From contig CAVDSY010000022.1 of NCBI GenBank assembly GCA_963611815.1, positions 26,953 through 90,952 of the forward strand: 64,000 nucleotides of DNA, read 5' to 3'. Positions 27,052 to 35,948 of the stretch are shown in pieces (the stretch's first letter is position 1; each line of letters starts with the position of its first letter). This DNA comes from a bacterium (GTDB taxonomy: Bacteria > Bacillota_I > Bacilli_A > RFN20 > CAG-826). The notes under the pieces were generated by a model. The model searched no databases. It was not told the DNA's origin and saw nothing but the letters and a program-made list of their open reading frames with translations. A program made the translations under genes and the position numbers.

Positions 27052-29014
27052 AAAAGACATGCCGGCAATGCGCGGCAAACGCCTTTCCGGAAAAGATGAG
27101 CTGCGCATCCTGGCTCGTTTGATGAAAATGATGCTCCGCCAGTTCCCTTGGCAATTGCCTTTAGCGGGGCTCGTTATCATTCTTTCTTCTTTGGCTGGGG
27201 TCGTCGGCAACGTTTTCGTCGGCCAGGTCGTCATCGGCTATTACATTCCTGGGCTGCTAGGGAAGAGCGGCTCTTTGAGCGGCATCCTGTCCGGAATCTT
27301 CTCGAACCTTGATTTCACCCAGGCCATGATTGTCATGGCGGGGATCTACCTCGTCGGCATCGCCTCGGCCTATCTTTACCAGATCATGGTATCTGTGATT
27401 GGCCAGGGATTCCAAAAGAAGTTCAGGGACTCCGTCTTCAACCACATGGAGACCCTGCCTCTTTCTTACTTCGACACTCGCACGCACGGCGACATCATGT
27501 CGATCTACACCAACGACATCGACACTCTTCGTGAATTCACCAGCCGCGTTCTGCCGATGGTTGTCCAGTCCATCGTGACGATGGTCATCGCCTTCGTCGC
27601 GATGATCTCTTCTTCCTGGCTGCTTACCCTCGTCGTCTTGGCTTTCTTCGCGATAATCCTCTCCGTCGTGATCTACGTCACCCACCAATCCGCGCGCTTC
27701 TTCATCGCTCAGCAAAGGGCCCTTGGTCAGACCGACGGCTACATTGAGGAGATGATCGCCGGGCAAAAAGTCATCAAGGTTTTTAACCATGAGGAATCCG
27801 CCAAAAAAGGCTTTGACGAGCTTAACGACGCCTTATGCGTTTACACCACCAGAGCCAGCCAGTTCTCCAACATCCTCGGCCCGATAACCAACAACCTCGG
27901 CAATATCCAGTACGTCGTCTTGGCTCTCATCGGCGGAATCTCCATTGCTTCTGGCTTCTGCCTGAGCAACGATTCAAGCGCCGCGTTCGCGACCCAAATC
28001 GGCATCATCGTCTCCTTCTTGACCCTCGGCAAGCAGTTCACCATGCCGATTGGTCAGCTTGCCAACCAAATCAACATGATCAACATGGCTATGGCTGGCG
28101 GTGAGCGAATCTTCGCTCTTCTCGACGAGCCGAGCGAGACCGATGAAGGCTACGTTACCTTAGTCGACGCCGTGGAAGGCGAAGACGGCAACCCGGTGGA
28201 AGCCGATCACCGCACTGGCAAATGGGCTTGGAAACACCCCCATTCGGAAAACGGATCCGTCACCTACACTTGGCTCAAAGGCAAAATCGACATGTATGAT
28301 GTCGACTTCGCTTACGTCAAAGACAAGCCTGTTTTGCACGGGATTTCTCTTTATGCCAAGCCTGGCCAAAAGGTTGCGTTCGTCGGTCCGACGGGGGCTG
28401 GCAAAACCACGATAACCAACCTTCTCAACCGTTTCTATGACATCGCCGACGGTAAAATCCGCTTCGATGACATCAACATCAACAAAATCAAGAAGAAGGA
28501 CCTTCGCCGCGCGATGGGCATGGTTTTGCAAGAGACCAACCTCTTCACTGGCACGGTGAAAGACAACATCCGCTACGGCAACCCCGATGCCAGCGACGAA
28601 GATGTGATAAACGCCGCAAAGCTTGCGAACGCCGACAACTTCATCCGCATGCTTCCTCAGGGCTATGACACCGTTCTTCACGGCGCCGGAGCTGGGCTCT
28701 CACAAGGCCAGCGTCAGCTGATTTCCATCGCTAGGGCCGCCTGCGCCAACCCCCCTGTCCTCATCCTCGATGAGGCGACTTCCTCAATCGATTCCCGCAC
28801 CGAGAAACTCGTACAGCAGGGGATGGACGCTATCATGAATGGCAGGACAGTCTTCGTCATCGCACACCGCCTCTCAACCATTCAAAACTCCAACGTCATC
28901 GTGGTTTTGGAGCACGGCTCGATAATCGAAAGAGGCGATCACGAGGCCTTGCTTGCGCAGAAAGGCAAATACTATCAGCTTTATACCGGCGGGCAGGTAA
29001 CTGCCGCCGAATAA
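27041..29014 (+). CDS. ABC exporter, fused permease/ATPase (heterodimer subunit 2)
   Basis: ATG at 27041 (GGGGGAGG upstream) overlaps subunit 1 by 11 nt. Walker A GPTGAGKTT, signature LSQGQRQ, Walker B VLILDEATS. Confidence 0.9.
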   Translation: MSNKKDMPAMRGKRLSGKDELRILARLMKMMLRQFPWQLPLAGLVIILSSLAGVVGNVFVGQVVIGYYIPGLLGKSGSLSGILSGIFSNLDFTQAMIVMAGIYLVGIASAYLYQIMVSVIGQGFQKKFRDSVFNHMETLPLSYFDTRTHGDIMSIYTNDIDTLREFTSRVLPMVVQSIVTMVIAFVAMISSSWLLTLVVLAFFAIILSVVIYVTHQSARFFIAQQRALGQTDGYIEEMIAGQKVIKVFNHEESAKKGFDELNDALCVYTTRASQFSNILGPITNNLGNIQYVVLALIGGISIASGFCLSNDSSAAFATQIGIIVSFLTLGKQFTMPIGQLANQINMINMAMAGGERIFALLDEPSETDEGYVTLVDAVEGEDGNPVEADHRTGKWAWKHPHSENGSVTYTWLKGKIDMYDVDFAYVKDKPVLHGISLYAKPGQKVAFVGPTGAGKTTITNLLNRFYDIADGKIRFDDININKIKKKDLRRAMGMVLQETNLFTGTVKDNIRYGNPDASDEDVINAAKLANADNFIRMLPQGYDTVLHGAGAGLSQGQRQLISIARAACANPPVLILDEATSSIDSRTEKLVQQGMDAIMNGRTVFVIAHRLSTIQNSNVIVVLEHGSIIERGDHEALLAQKGKYYQLYTGGQVTAAE

Positions 29015-29019
29015 ATGAA

Positions 29020-29046
29020 GAGGCTCGCTGAAGCGGGCCTCTTTTT
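29020..29046 (+). terminator. Rho-independent terminator after the ABC operon
   Basis: GAGGCTCGC-tgaa-GCGGGCCTC, followed by TTTTT. Confidence 0.65.
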
Positions 29047-29066
29047 AAATCCGAAAAAGCGATTTT

Positions 29067-29082
29067 CGCGCGTGCACGCGCG
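29067..29082. promoter_or_regulatory. Perfect 16-bp GC palindrome upstream of lysS
   Basis: CGCGCGTG|CACGCGCG, 57 nt upstream of the lysS ATG, flanked by T-rich sequence. Confidence 0.3.
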
Positions 29083-29138
29083 TTTCAATTTAGGAGAAGT
29101 TGGGATAAACTACTTCTCGCACCGAAGAGGTAACGAAC

Positions 29139-30620
29139 ATGGAAGAAAAACTCACTGATCAAGAACAGGCCCGTCGCGCCAAGCTTCCCCGCTACGAGGA
29201 ATTAGGCATCGATCCTTTTGGCTCCCGCTACGATTGGAAGGATCGGATCTGCGATCTGCGCGAGAAATATGGCGATCTTCCCCCTGAGGAACTTGAGAGC
29301 AAGAACATCGCCGTTGATATCGCCGGGCGCGTCGTCTCCCTCCGCAAAATGGGGAAGGCCGCTTTCTTCAATATCAAAGACGAGTACGGCCGCATCCAGG
29401 TTTGGATTGGCAGGGACGTGGTCGGCGAGGACGACTACGCGGTTTTCAAATTGTCTGATTTAGGCGACATCGCCGGCGTCCAAGGCACCTTGATGAAGAC
29501 CCAAACTGGCGAATTCACCATTCGCTGCACCAAATACACCCATATCGTTAAATGCCTTAAGCCCCTTCCGGAGAAATTCCACGGGCTTACCGATACCGAG
29601 GACCGTTTCCGCCATCGTTACGTCGACCTCATTGTCAACGACGACTCCCGCAAGATGGCTCTTCTCCGCCCGCGCATCGTCAGGGAAATCCAGCATTACT
29701 GCGACGATTTGGGATTCGTTGAGGTAGAAACCCCGGTTCTTTCCCCGATTCTCGGCGGGGCTTCCGCACGTCCGTTCGTGACCCATCATAACGCTTTGGA
29801 CAAAGACTTTTATCTCCGCATCGCGACTGAGCTGAATCTCAAAAAGTGCATGGTCGGCGGCATCGATCGCGTCTATGAGATCGGAAGGATCTTCCGCAAC
29901 GAAGGCATCGATACCAGACATAACCCCGAATTCACGACCATCGAGCTCTACCAGGCTTATGGCGATCTCCGCTCAATGAAGGAGTGGGTAGAAGGACTGT
30001 TCGAGCGTTTCTGCAAAGCCCTTGGGAAAACTACATTCCACTGGATGGGCAACGACATCGACTTCTCCAAAGGATTCCGTTGGGTTTCCATGGCGGAAGC
30101 GATTAAGGAGAAGACCGGCGTCGATTTCACCAAAGAAATGACTTTTGAAGAAGCGGTTTCGCTTGCTAAAGAGCATCACGTCGCTTTGGAAAAGAGCTGG
30201 AACAGCGTGGGCTATATCATGAATGCCTTCTTCGACGAATTCGTGGAACGCACCCTCATCCAACCGACCTTCATCCATACCTATCCCGTCGAGCTCTCCC
30301 CTCTTACTAAGCGCAGCAAAGACCCGCGCTTTGTTGAGCGCTTCGAGTTCTTCATCGGCGGCACCGAGATGGGCAATGCCTACAGTGAGCTCAACAACCC
30401 CTTCGATCAGAAGTCTCGCTTTGACGCCCAGTTGGAAGCGAGGAAACGCGGGGATGAAGAGGCCGCCGATATCGACTTCTCCTTCATCGACGCGCTTGAT
30501 TACGGCATGCCCCCGGCAGGAGGCATCGGCTGCGGAATCGACCGTCTTTGCATGCTTCTTGGCGAGCAAGACAACATCCGCGAAGTCATTCTCTTCCCGA
30601 CCATGAAGGACGAGAAATAA
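29139..30620 (+). CDS. lysS: Lysine--tRNA ligase (class II)
   Basis: 493 aa. OB-fold N-terminal domain and class II motifs (..FRNEGID..HNPEFT.., GGIGCGIDRL). Confidence 0.95.
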   Translation: MEEKLTDQEQARRAKLPRYEELGIDPFGSRYDWKDRICDLREKYGDLPPEELESKNIAVDIAGRVVSLRKMGKAAFFNIKDEYGRIQVWIGRDVVGEDDYAVFKLSDLGDIAGVQGTLMKTQTGEFTIRCTKYTHIVKCLKPLPEKFHGLTDTEDRFRHRYVDLIVNDDSRKMALLRPRIVREIQHYCDDLGFVEVETPVLSPILGGASARPFVTHHNALDKDFYLRIATELNLKKCMVGGIDRVYEIGRIFRNEGIDTRHNPEFTTIELYQAYGDLRSMKEWVEGLFERFCKALGKTTFHWMGNDIDFSKGFRWVSMAEAIKEKTGVDFTKEMTFEEAVSLAKEHHVALEKSWNSVGYIMNAFFDEFVERTLIQPTFIHTYPVELSPLTKRSKDPRFVERFEFFIGGTEMGNAYSELNNPFDQKSRFDAQLEARKRGDEEAADIDFSFIDALDYGMPPAGGIGCGIDRLCMLLGEQDNIREVILFPTMKDEK

Positions 30621-30643
30621 GCCCTGAATAAGCAAAAATAACG

Positions 30644-30669
30644 AAAACCGCCGCAAAACGGCGGTTTTT
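30644..30669. terminator. Bidirectional terminator between lysS and the flavoenzyme gene
   Basis: AAAACCGCCG-caaaa-CGGCGGTTTT. Confidence 0.75.
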
Positions 30670-30684
30670 AATGCGCAAAGAGAA

Positions 30685-30714
30685 ACGAAAGGCCCGTTCG
30701 TAATCGAGCGGGCC
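30685..30714 (-). terminator. Second hairpin downstream of the - strand flavoenzyme gene
   Basis: GGCCCG (30691-30696) pairs with CGGGCC (30709-30714). On the - strand it is followed by TTTCGTTTCTCTTT. Confidence 0.45.
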
Positions 30715-30730
30715 GTCTTCGCTATGGAGA

Positions 30731-32185
30731 TTAGAAGAATCTTTCCACGAGGTCGTGGGAGTATTCGCAGGTCTCGTCCATGTCGCCATAGGACATGATT
30801 TCGCCGGCGTAGAAGGTGTTGTTCTTACCTTGCATCGCTTCCACTTTCTCGTACCATCCCGCGGCGTAATCCTCGGAATAGACGTGGGGGAAGTAGTAGG
30901 CTTGGTAGCGGGTGAGGATGGCTTCTTTCCCGTCGACGACTCTGATCGGAGCGCCGAGTTGTTTCATATCCTCGGTGATGATCTTCTCGGTCCCTTCGTA
31001 GGGAATCTCTTTGCCGTCGTTGTAGGTCTTGTGGTGACGGAGGGTGTAAGAGACGATCGGCATATCCGGCTCATTGGCCCAGCGATGATAGTAGATCATG
31101 ACGTGGGGCATTCTCTCCGGGACCATGTTGTCGACGATGTAGTAAGAGACGTCCGGGTACTTGTCCTGTTCTACCTGGAAGGCCTGGGTGTCATAACGCT
31201 CGTAATCGATCTTGGAGAAGAGGGTCTTCTCGTCGTCGGTGACATCGAGCCATTTGTCGAGGGAGACGGCGTTGGGGTTGTTGAGCGGGTTCTTCTCGGT
31301 AGCGATTTGGATGGGGCAGGTGATGATGATCTTGTCGAAGACCTCTTCCTTGCCGTTGACGGTGACTGTGACTTTATCGCCGCGGACGACTTTGGTGACC
31401 TCGCTATTGAGAAGCGCGGGGTGCTTCAAATGATCGTTTAGGGCTTCGAAGATTGACTGGGTGCCGTTCTCCCAAGTCCAGAGGTTCATCTTGACGAAGT
31501 TCATCATCGTCTGGAAGTCGAGGTATTTGAGGACGTAGGCAGCGGGGATCTCATCGAAGAAGCCGTAGCCGAAGGAAGTGAAGGGCTGGATCCAAACTTC
31601 CTGGACAAGCGGGCAGCCGACTTTCTCGCAGAAATCCTTGAACGGCATCGAGAGGTCTTTGAGGTTGGGGTTGGTGCCGGAGACCGGTTCGCGGCCGGGG
31701 GTGACGGCATAGCCTTCGTAGCGGCCTTCGCTGACGCCGATGTGGCCGGTCACGTCGTAGCCTTTGTAAGTGGTGGCGAGGATTTCGCCGAACTTCTTGA
31801 TCTGCTTCTGAAGTTTTTTGAGGTGGAGGGCGGCCTTCGGGTGTTTGAAGAAGTATTTGGCGGGGTTCTTCAAAGCGGTAGCGGTGTCCCAACGATAGTC
31901 GAGTCTTCCGTCGGGGAATTTGTAGTTGCGGACGAGCTTCGGTCCTTTGTGCTCGACGCCGGCGAATTTCTCGATGTCGGAGATGGCGTAGTAAGAAGGA
32001 ACGCCCATGATGGCGCCCATCTCATAACGCTTGCCGTTGAAGGTGGGGGAGAAGCACTTGCCGCCGACGCGTCCGCTCCTCTCGTAGATCACGTAGTTGT
32101 CGTATCCCTTCTTCTCGAGATACATGCCAGCCGAAAGACCGGCCGGTCCGCCACCGATAATGGCGATTCTGATGTTTTTGTCCAT
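30731..32185 (-). CDS. FAD-dependent oxidoreductase, amine-oxidase fold; polyunsaturated-fatty-acid isomerase (PAI)-like
   Basis: N-terminal dinucleotide motif IAIIGGGPAGLSAG plus ERSGRVGGK. The whole-length resemblance to the Cutibacterium acnes linoleate isomerase family is from memory (blocks YEMGAIMGVPSY, PFTSFGYG, AAYVLKYLDF, YYHRW, FYAGEIMS). SD AAGGAG upstream. Confidence 0.7.
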   Translation of the reverse strand: MDKNIRIAIIGGGPAGLSAGMYLEKKGYDNYVIYERSGRVGGKCFSPTFNGKRYEMGAIMGVPSYYAISDIEKFAGVEHKGPKLVRNYKFPDGRLDYRWDTATALKNPAKYFFKHPKAALHLKKLQKQIKKFGEILATTYKGYDVTGHIGVSEGRYEGYAVTPGREPVSGTNPNLKDLSMPFKDFCEKVGCPLVQEVWIQPFTSFGYGFFDEIPAAYVLKYLDFQTMMNFVKMNLWTWENGTQSIFEALNDHLKHPALLNSEVTKVVRGDKVTVTVNGKEEVFDKIIITCPIQIATEKNPLNNPNAVSLDKWLDVTDDEKTLFSKIDYERYDTQAFQVEQDKYPDVSYYIVDNMVPERMPHVMIYYHRWANEPDMPIVSYTLRHHKTYNDGKEIPYEGTEKIITEDMKQLGAPIRVVDGKEAILTRYQAYYFPHVYSEDYAAGWYEKVEAMQGKNNTFYAGEIMSYGDMDETCEYSHDLVERFF

Positions 32186-32284
32186 TAATAATGGTCTCCT
32201 TTTCAGATTTGGTCTTATTTTATGACGTTATTCAAAGAATAAAAGTAAAACGGGATTAATTTACCGATATAGCGATTTCAATTC

Positions 32285-32290
32285 TAATAT
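32285..32290 (+). promoter_or_regulatory. -10 hexamer TAATAT 9 nt before the ligase ATG (candidate leaderless promoter)
   Basis: TAATAT at 32285-32290, then catattccc, then ATG at 32300. No SD. Confidence 0.4.
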
Positions 32291-32299
32291 CATATTCCC

Positions 32300-33643
32300 A
32301 TGGATTTCCAAAGGAAGCGCTACGAATCCTTCCTCTCCTTGCTCCTCGGACAAGAACAATCTTCTCCGGCCTTGGTTTACGAAGAAAACGGAGCGAAGAC
32401 CGTTTTAACATACGGGGAATTTGCTGCGAAAATCAAAGCGTATCCTGTGCTTGATAAAGGTGTTGCGGGGATTTTCATGGATGGGACTCTTGAATCCATT
32501 CTGGCCGTGTTCGCCTATGCGGGCAAAGGAAGGCAGATTGTCTTGCTCTCGCCTTTTGAGGACGTCCCCTCTCTTGAAAGCAAAATCATGTCTGCGGACA
32601 TCAATTTCCTAATTGGGCCAGACGGGCTCAGAAATGCGCTGAACGATTGTCTGGTCAAAAAAGAGGCTCATCAAGAGAAGAAAATTCTTTTCTTCACTTC
32701 TGGCACGACCGATAGCAACAAAGCCGTTTGCCTCAGCGAAGCGAGCCTTTGCTCTTCCGCCTATAATGGAGCTTCGCTTTTGCCTCTTTCGCCTAATGAC
32801 ACCCTCTATTCATGCCTGCCGATGAATCATGTTTTCGGGTTTGTCTGCTCTCTGCTTTGGGGGCTTTCTTGTGGGGCCTGCGTTGCTTTGGGCCGCGGAA
32901 TGAGAAAGATCTTTGAGGATTTCGCTTATTTCAAACCCACCGTGGTGAGTCTCGTTCCTCAGATGGCGGGTTTCCTTGCCTCCAGGCACCTCTTCAACCC
33001 TGAGCTGAAGCTTGTGCTTATTGGGGCTGGCGATTGCCCGGATTCGGTTTTGGGGAAAATAAAGGAGCTAGGCATCCGCGTATCTTTTGGATACGGCCTT
33101 ACGGAGACCAGCTCCGGCGTGGCTTTGTCTCTTGGCGACGATCCTCGAGCCATGACCCTTTGCCCGGACGTCAAAGCCTCGATAGACCAAGATGGCGAAA
33201 TCTGCCTTCGCTGCCCGTCGTGCATGATGAGCGGCTATTACAAAGATCGGGAATCGACCGCCAAGGTCTTACGGAATGGCTTCTTGCTGACCGGGGATCT
33301 CGGCTATCTTGATGAGCGGGGGCTTCTGCACATCAAAGGCAGGAAAAAAGACATCATCGTTTTGGACGACGGGACGAAGATATATTGCCCTGAGTACGAG
33401 GGGAAATTGGCTTCTCTTCTTGGGGCGGACAAGGACTTCGCCATCGTTAAAAACGACAAAGGGCAGATTGCTTTGGCGGTGGGAAAAGCGACTTTGCAGG
33501 ACAATTATTCCTCAATTGTCACATCCTTTAACGAGACCTTGCCCTATTCTAGCCGCATTGCCGTCGTCTTGTATTTCCCTTCCCCGTTGCCGCGCACCCA
33601 GACGGGGAAAATTAAGCGTTGGGCTTTGCAGGAGATGATATAA
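32300..33643 (+). CDS. AMP-dependent (adenylate-forming) ligase, short form
   Basis: Adenylation core motif FFTSGTTDSNKAV, YGLTET, GDLGYLDERG, C-terminal TGKIKR. 447 aa. Confidence 0.8.
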   Translation: MDFQRKRYESFLSLLLGQEQSSPALVYEENGAKTVLTYGEFAAKIKAYPVLDKGVAGIFMDGTLESILAVFAYAGKGRQIVLLSPFEDVPSLESKIMSADINFLIGPDGLRNALNDCLVKKEAHQEKKILFFTSGTTDSNKAVCLSEASLCSSAYNGASLLPLSPNDTLYSCLPMNHVFGFVCSLLWGLSCGACVALGRGMRKIFEDFAYFKPTVVSLVPQMAGFLASRHLFNPELKLVLIGAGDCPDSVLGKIKELGIRVSFGYGLTETSSGVALSLGDDPRAMTLCPDVKASIDQDGEICLRCPSCMMSGYYKDRESTAKVLRNGFLLTGDLGYLDERGLLHIKGRKKDIIVLDDGTKIYCPEYEGKLASLLGADKDFAIVKNDKGQIALAVGKATLQDNYSSIVTSFNETLPYSSRIAVVLYFPSPLPRTQTGKIKRWALQEMI

Positions 33644-33663
33644 ACTAAATAAGGAGTTTTGAT

Positions 33664-33918
33664 ATGACGCGCGAAGAAATCAAAGAAAAAGCCATTGCCA
33701 TCATCCACGCCAGCGTGCCGGATCTTGACGGAGTCGAAATCAACGAGAGCTCGAACATCAATACCGACGCGAGCGTCGACTCGATGTCCTTCATTTACCT
33801 CATGACTCAGATTGAGTCGGCCTTCGACATCAACATCCCCCAGAAGAAGTGGGCGAAGCTCTCCATCTTCTCCGCCTTGATTGACGAAATAGCCTTTCGC
33901 CTTGCGAAAAAGAACTAA
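33664..33918 (+). CDS. Acyl/peptidyl carrier protein (DltC/ACP-like)
   Basis: 84 aa with the phosphopantetheine-attachment-type motif DASVDSMSFIYLM. SD AAGGAG upstream. Confidence 0.75.
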   Translation: MTREEIKEKAIAIIHASVPDLDGVEINESSNINTDASVDSMSFIYLMTQIESAFDINIPQKKWAKLSIFSALIDEIAFRLAKKN

Positions 33919-33921
33919 TCC

Positions 33922-34620
33922 ATGCTTTCCAAAAGCGTAAAGATCCTCACTGAGCACTGCGACCCGTCAAGGAAGCTGCGCCTTTCTTCGCTGCTGAAAT
34001 TTCTGCAAGAGGTCTCTATCGAGGACACCGAGCTCCTTGGCTATCCGCGTTCCACCACGCTCGACCGCGGCTTACTGTGGGTTATTGGCAAACAAAGGCT
34101 GAAGATCAATCGCCTGCCTTGTTATGACGAGACGATCAAAATATTGACTTATCCCGGTGGCAAGATGCCTTTTCTCTTTCCTCGTCACTGCAAAATATTC
34201 TCTTTGGATGGAGAACTTTTGGTTTCTTCTAGCGCCGCCTGGACCCTCATCGACGAAAATAAGCGGACAATGATAGACCCGACGCAATTTGGAATCGTCA
34301 TCGAGGGCGAAAACGAGGGCGACGAAATTGGCTTTCAATTTCCTTTCAAATCGTTTGATCTACCGAAAAAAGCGACTTTTGCGGCGAAATGGAGAGATTG
34401 CGACCTCAACGGCCACATGAATAACACCGCCTATATCGACGAAGCGGAAGAACTTATCCCTAATGATTTTCTCAAATGTCACGAACCCAGCTTCTTGGAC
34501 GTTGCTTACAAAAAAGAGATTCCTTTGGGCCAGGAAGCCCTTGTCGCCTATGGTGAGGAGGGGGGCGTTTATGTGTTTTCCTCTCCTTCATTCTTCTTGC
34601 GAATCGGCTTCCAAAAATAA
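33922..34620 (+). CDS. Acyl-ACP thioesterase family protein
   Basis: 232 aa. Double hot-dog pattern typical of FatA/B-type bacterial thioesterases (..RLSSLLKFLQEVSIEDTE.., ..DLNGHMNNTAYID..). It starts 3 nt after the carrier-protein stop. Confidence 0.7.
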   Translation: MLSKSVKILTEHCDPSRKLRLSSLLKFLQEVSIEDTELLGYPRSTTLDRGLLWVIGKQRLKINRLPCYDETIKILTYPGGKMPFLFPRHCKIFSLDGELLVSSSAAWTLIDENKRTMIDPTQFGIVIEGENEGDEIGFQFPFKSFDLPKKATFAAKWRDCDLNGHMNNTAYIDEAEELIPNDFLKCHEPSFLDVAYKKEIPLGQEALVAYGEEGGVYVFSSPSFFLRIGFQK

Positions 34621-34706
34621 ACTTTTTTAGGAAAATCCCCACATCGTCTTTTATGCATATGGTGAGGGAATGTTCAGCCCTCATCTACGATGACGGACGT
34701 TGTTTC

Positions 34707-34735
34707 TTGTATTCGATGCCCGCTTTCCGTATAAT
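34707..34735 (+). promoter_or_regulatory. Sigma-A promoter of rpsF-ssb-rpsR
   Basis: -35 TTGTAT (34707-34712), 17-nt spacer, -10 TATAAT (34730-34735). Confidence 0.6.
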
Positions 34736-34741
34736 GCGCTT

Positions 34742-34835
34742 TGCTTTCTAAGAAGGAAGAAGGCAAACACATTCTCTTATGGTCGCACGAGTTTCTCGAG
34801 GCGATCCGAAGACCGAAATTAGGAGGTGCAAAATC
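34742..34835 (+). ncRNA. Candidate rpsF (S6:S18) autoregulatory leader
   Basis: A ~95-nt 5' UTR between the promoter and the SD. It contains an interrupted hairpin TCGCaCGAG-tttc-CTCGaGGCGA just upstream of AGGAGG. A structured S6:S18-binding leader is known at this position in many Bacillota. Confidence 0.35.
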
Positions 34836-35123
34836 ATGGGAAAGTACGAAATCATGTACATCCTTACCGCGAATCTCGATGAGACCGCGCGCAAGGCCGA
34901 GATCGAGAAGCTCCATGGCATCCTTGCCGCTCAAAAGGCGACTGTCACCGATGTCAAAGAGTGGGGCGTCAAAGATTTCGCGAGCCCGATCAAAAAGCTC
35001 ACCAAAGGTTACTATGTGGTCATCAAAGTGACCGCCGAACCCGCGGCGCTCAAAGAATTTGATCGTCTTGTCAAACTTGATTCCAACGTCATCCGTCATC
35101 TAGTTACTGTCGAACACAAATAA
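34836..35123 (+). CDS. rpsF: 30S ribosomal protein S6
   Basis: MGKYEIMYIL... AGGAGG lies 9 nt upstream. Part of the rpsF-ssb-rpsR operon. Confidence 0.93.
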   Translation: MGKYEIMYILTANLDETARKAEIEKLHGILAAQKATVTDVKEWGVKDFASPIKKLTKGYYVVIKVTAEPAALKEFDRLVKLDSNVIRHLVTVEHK

Positions 35124-35146
35124 CTACGATCAGGAGGATTCAAGAA

Positions 35147-35608
35147 ATGATCAATTGTGTCGTACTCGTTGGCCGCTTAACCCGCGACCCCGAACTCCGT
35201 AAGACCAGCTCCGGGATGAGCGTGGCTTCCTTCACCCTCGCCGTCGATGATTCTTTCCGCGGGCCAAACGGAGAAAAAGTGACTATCTTCATGCCGGTTT
35301 CGGTGTGGGGCAAGTCCGCCGATAACGTCGCCAAGTTCACTCACAAAGGCTCTTTGGTCGGCGTCAATGGGCGTCTAACGCAACGCAAGTACACTCGCCG
35401 CACGGACAACGTTGAAGTTTCCGTGACGGAAGTCTCCGCCTCCGCCGTGGAGTTCCTCGATCCTAAGGACGCTTCACGCAACGCCGGCAACAATTCGGGT
35501 TACACCCCTGACATGGGCTCAAGCGAGCCCGTCACCCAGGTGGCCCCGCAAACCGAGAACAAGAATTTGGATTCCATCGACATCGTCGAGGATGATCTCC
35601 CCTTCTGA
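35147..35608 (+). CDS. ssb: Single-stranded DNA-binding protein
   Basis: MINCVVLVGRLTRDPELR OB fold. The acidic tail ends DDLPF. Confidence 0.95.
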   Translation: MINCVVLVGRLTRDPELRKTSSGMSVASFTLAVDDSFRGPNGEKVTIFMPVSVWGKSADNVAKFTHKGSLVGVNGRLTQRKYTRRTDNVEVSVTEVSASAVEFLDPKDASRNAGNNSGYTPDMGSSEPVTQVAPQTENKNLDSIDIVEDDLPF

Positions 35609-35632
35609 TTCTCGTAGAAAGGAAATCAAACA

Positions 35633-35857
35633 ATGCCATTCCGCAAGATGCGTTCCCGCAGGAAGGCCTGCTATTTCACCAAGAACCACATCGAGTACAT
35701 CGACTACAAAGACGCCGAATTGCTCTCGAGGTTCATCGGTGCTGACGGCAAAATCCTTCCCCGTGCCATCACTGGCACCAGCGCGAAGTATCAACGCCAG
35801 CTCGCTAGCGCCGTCAAGAAAGCCCGCTTCGTGGGCCTTCTCCCCGACGTTAAGTAA
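35633..35857 (+). CDS. rpsR: 30S ribosomal protein S18
   Basis: 74 aa. Contains ..[19 protein letters not shown]...[18 protein letters not shown]. Confidence 0.95.
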   Translation: MPFRKMRSRRKACYFTKNHIEYIDYKDAELLSRFIGADGKILPRAITGTSAKYQRQLASAVKKARFVGLLPDVK

Positions 35858-35948
35858 GCTAGCGCCGATTGTGTAATCGCACGGACCAAACTTCCCTCAA
35901 GCGCACAGACCCAACGTCCCTGCGCTGCGCGATTACCAAACTCAAACG

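Noticed and set aside
29015-29138. Possible T-box riboswitch upstream of lysS
   Set aside because: The spacer is only 124 nt and already contains a terminator for the upstream operon. That is too short for a T-box, and I saw no specifier-loop or T-box sequence.
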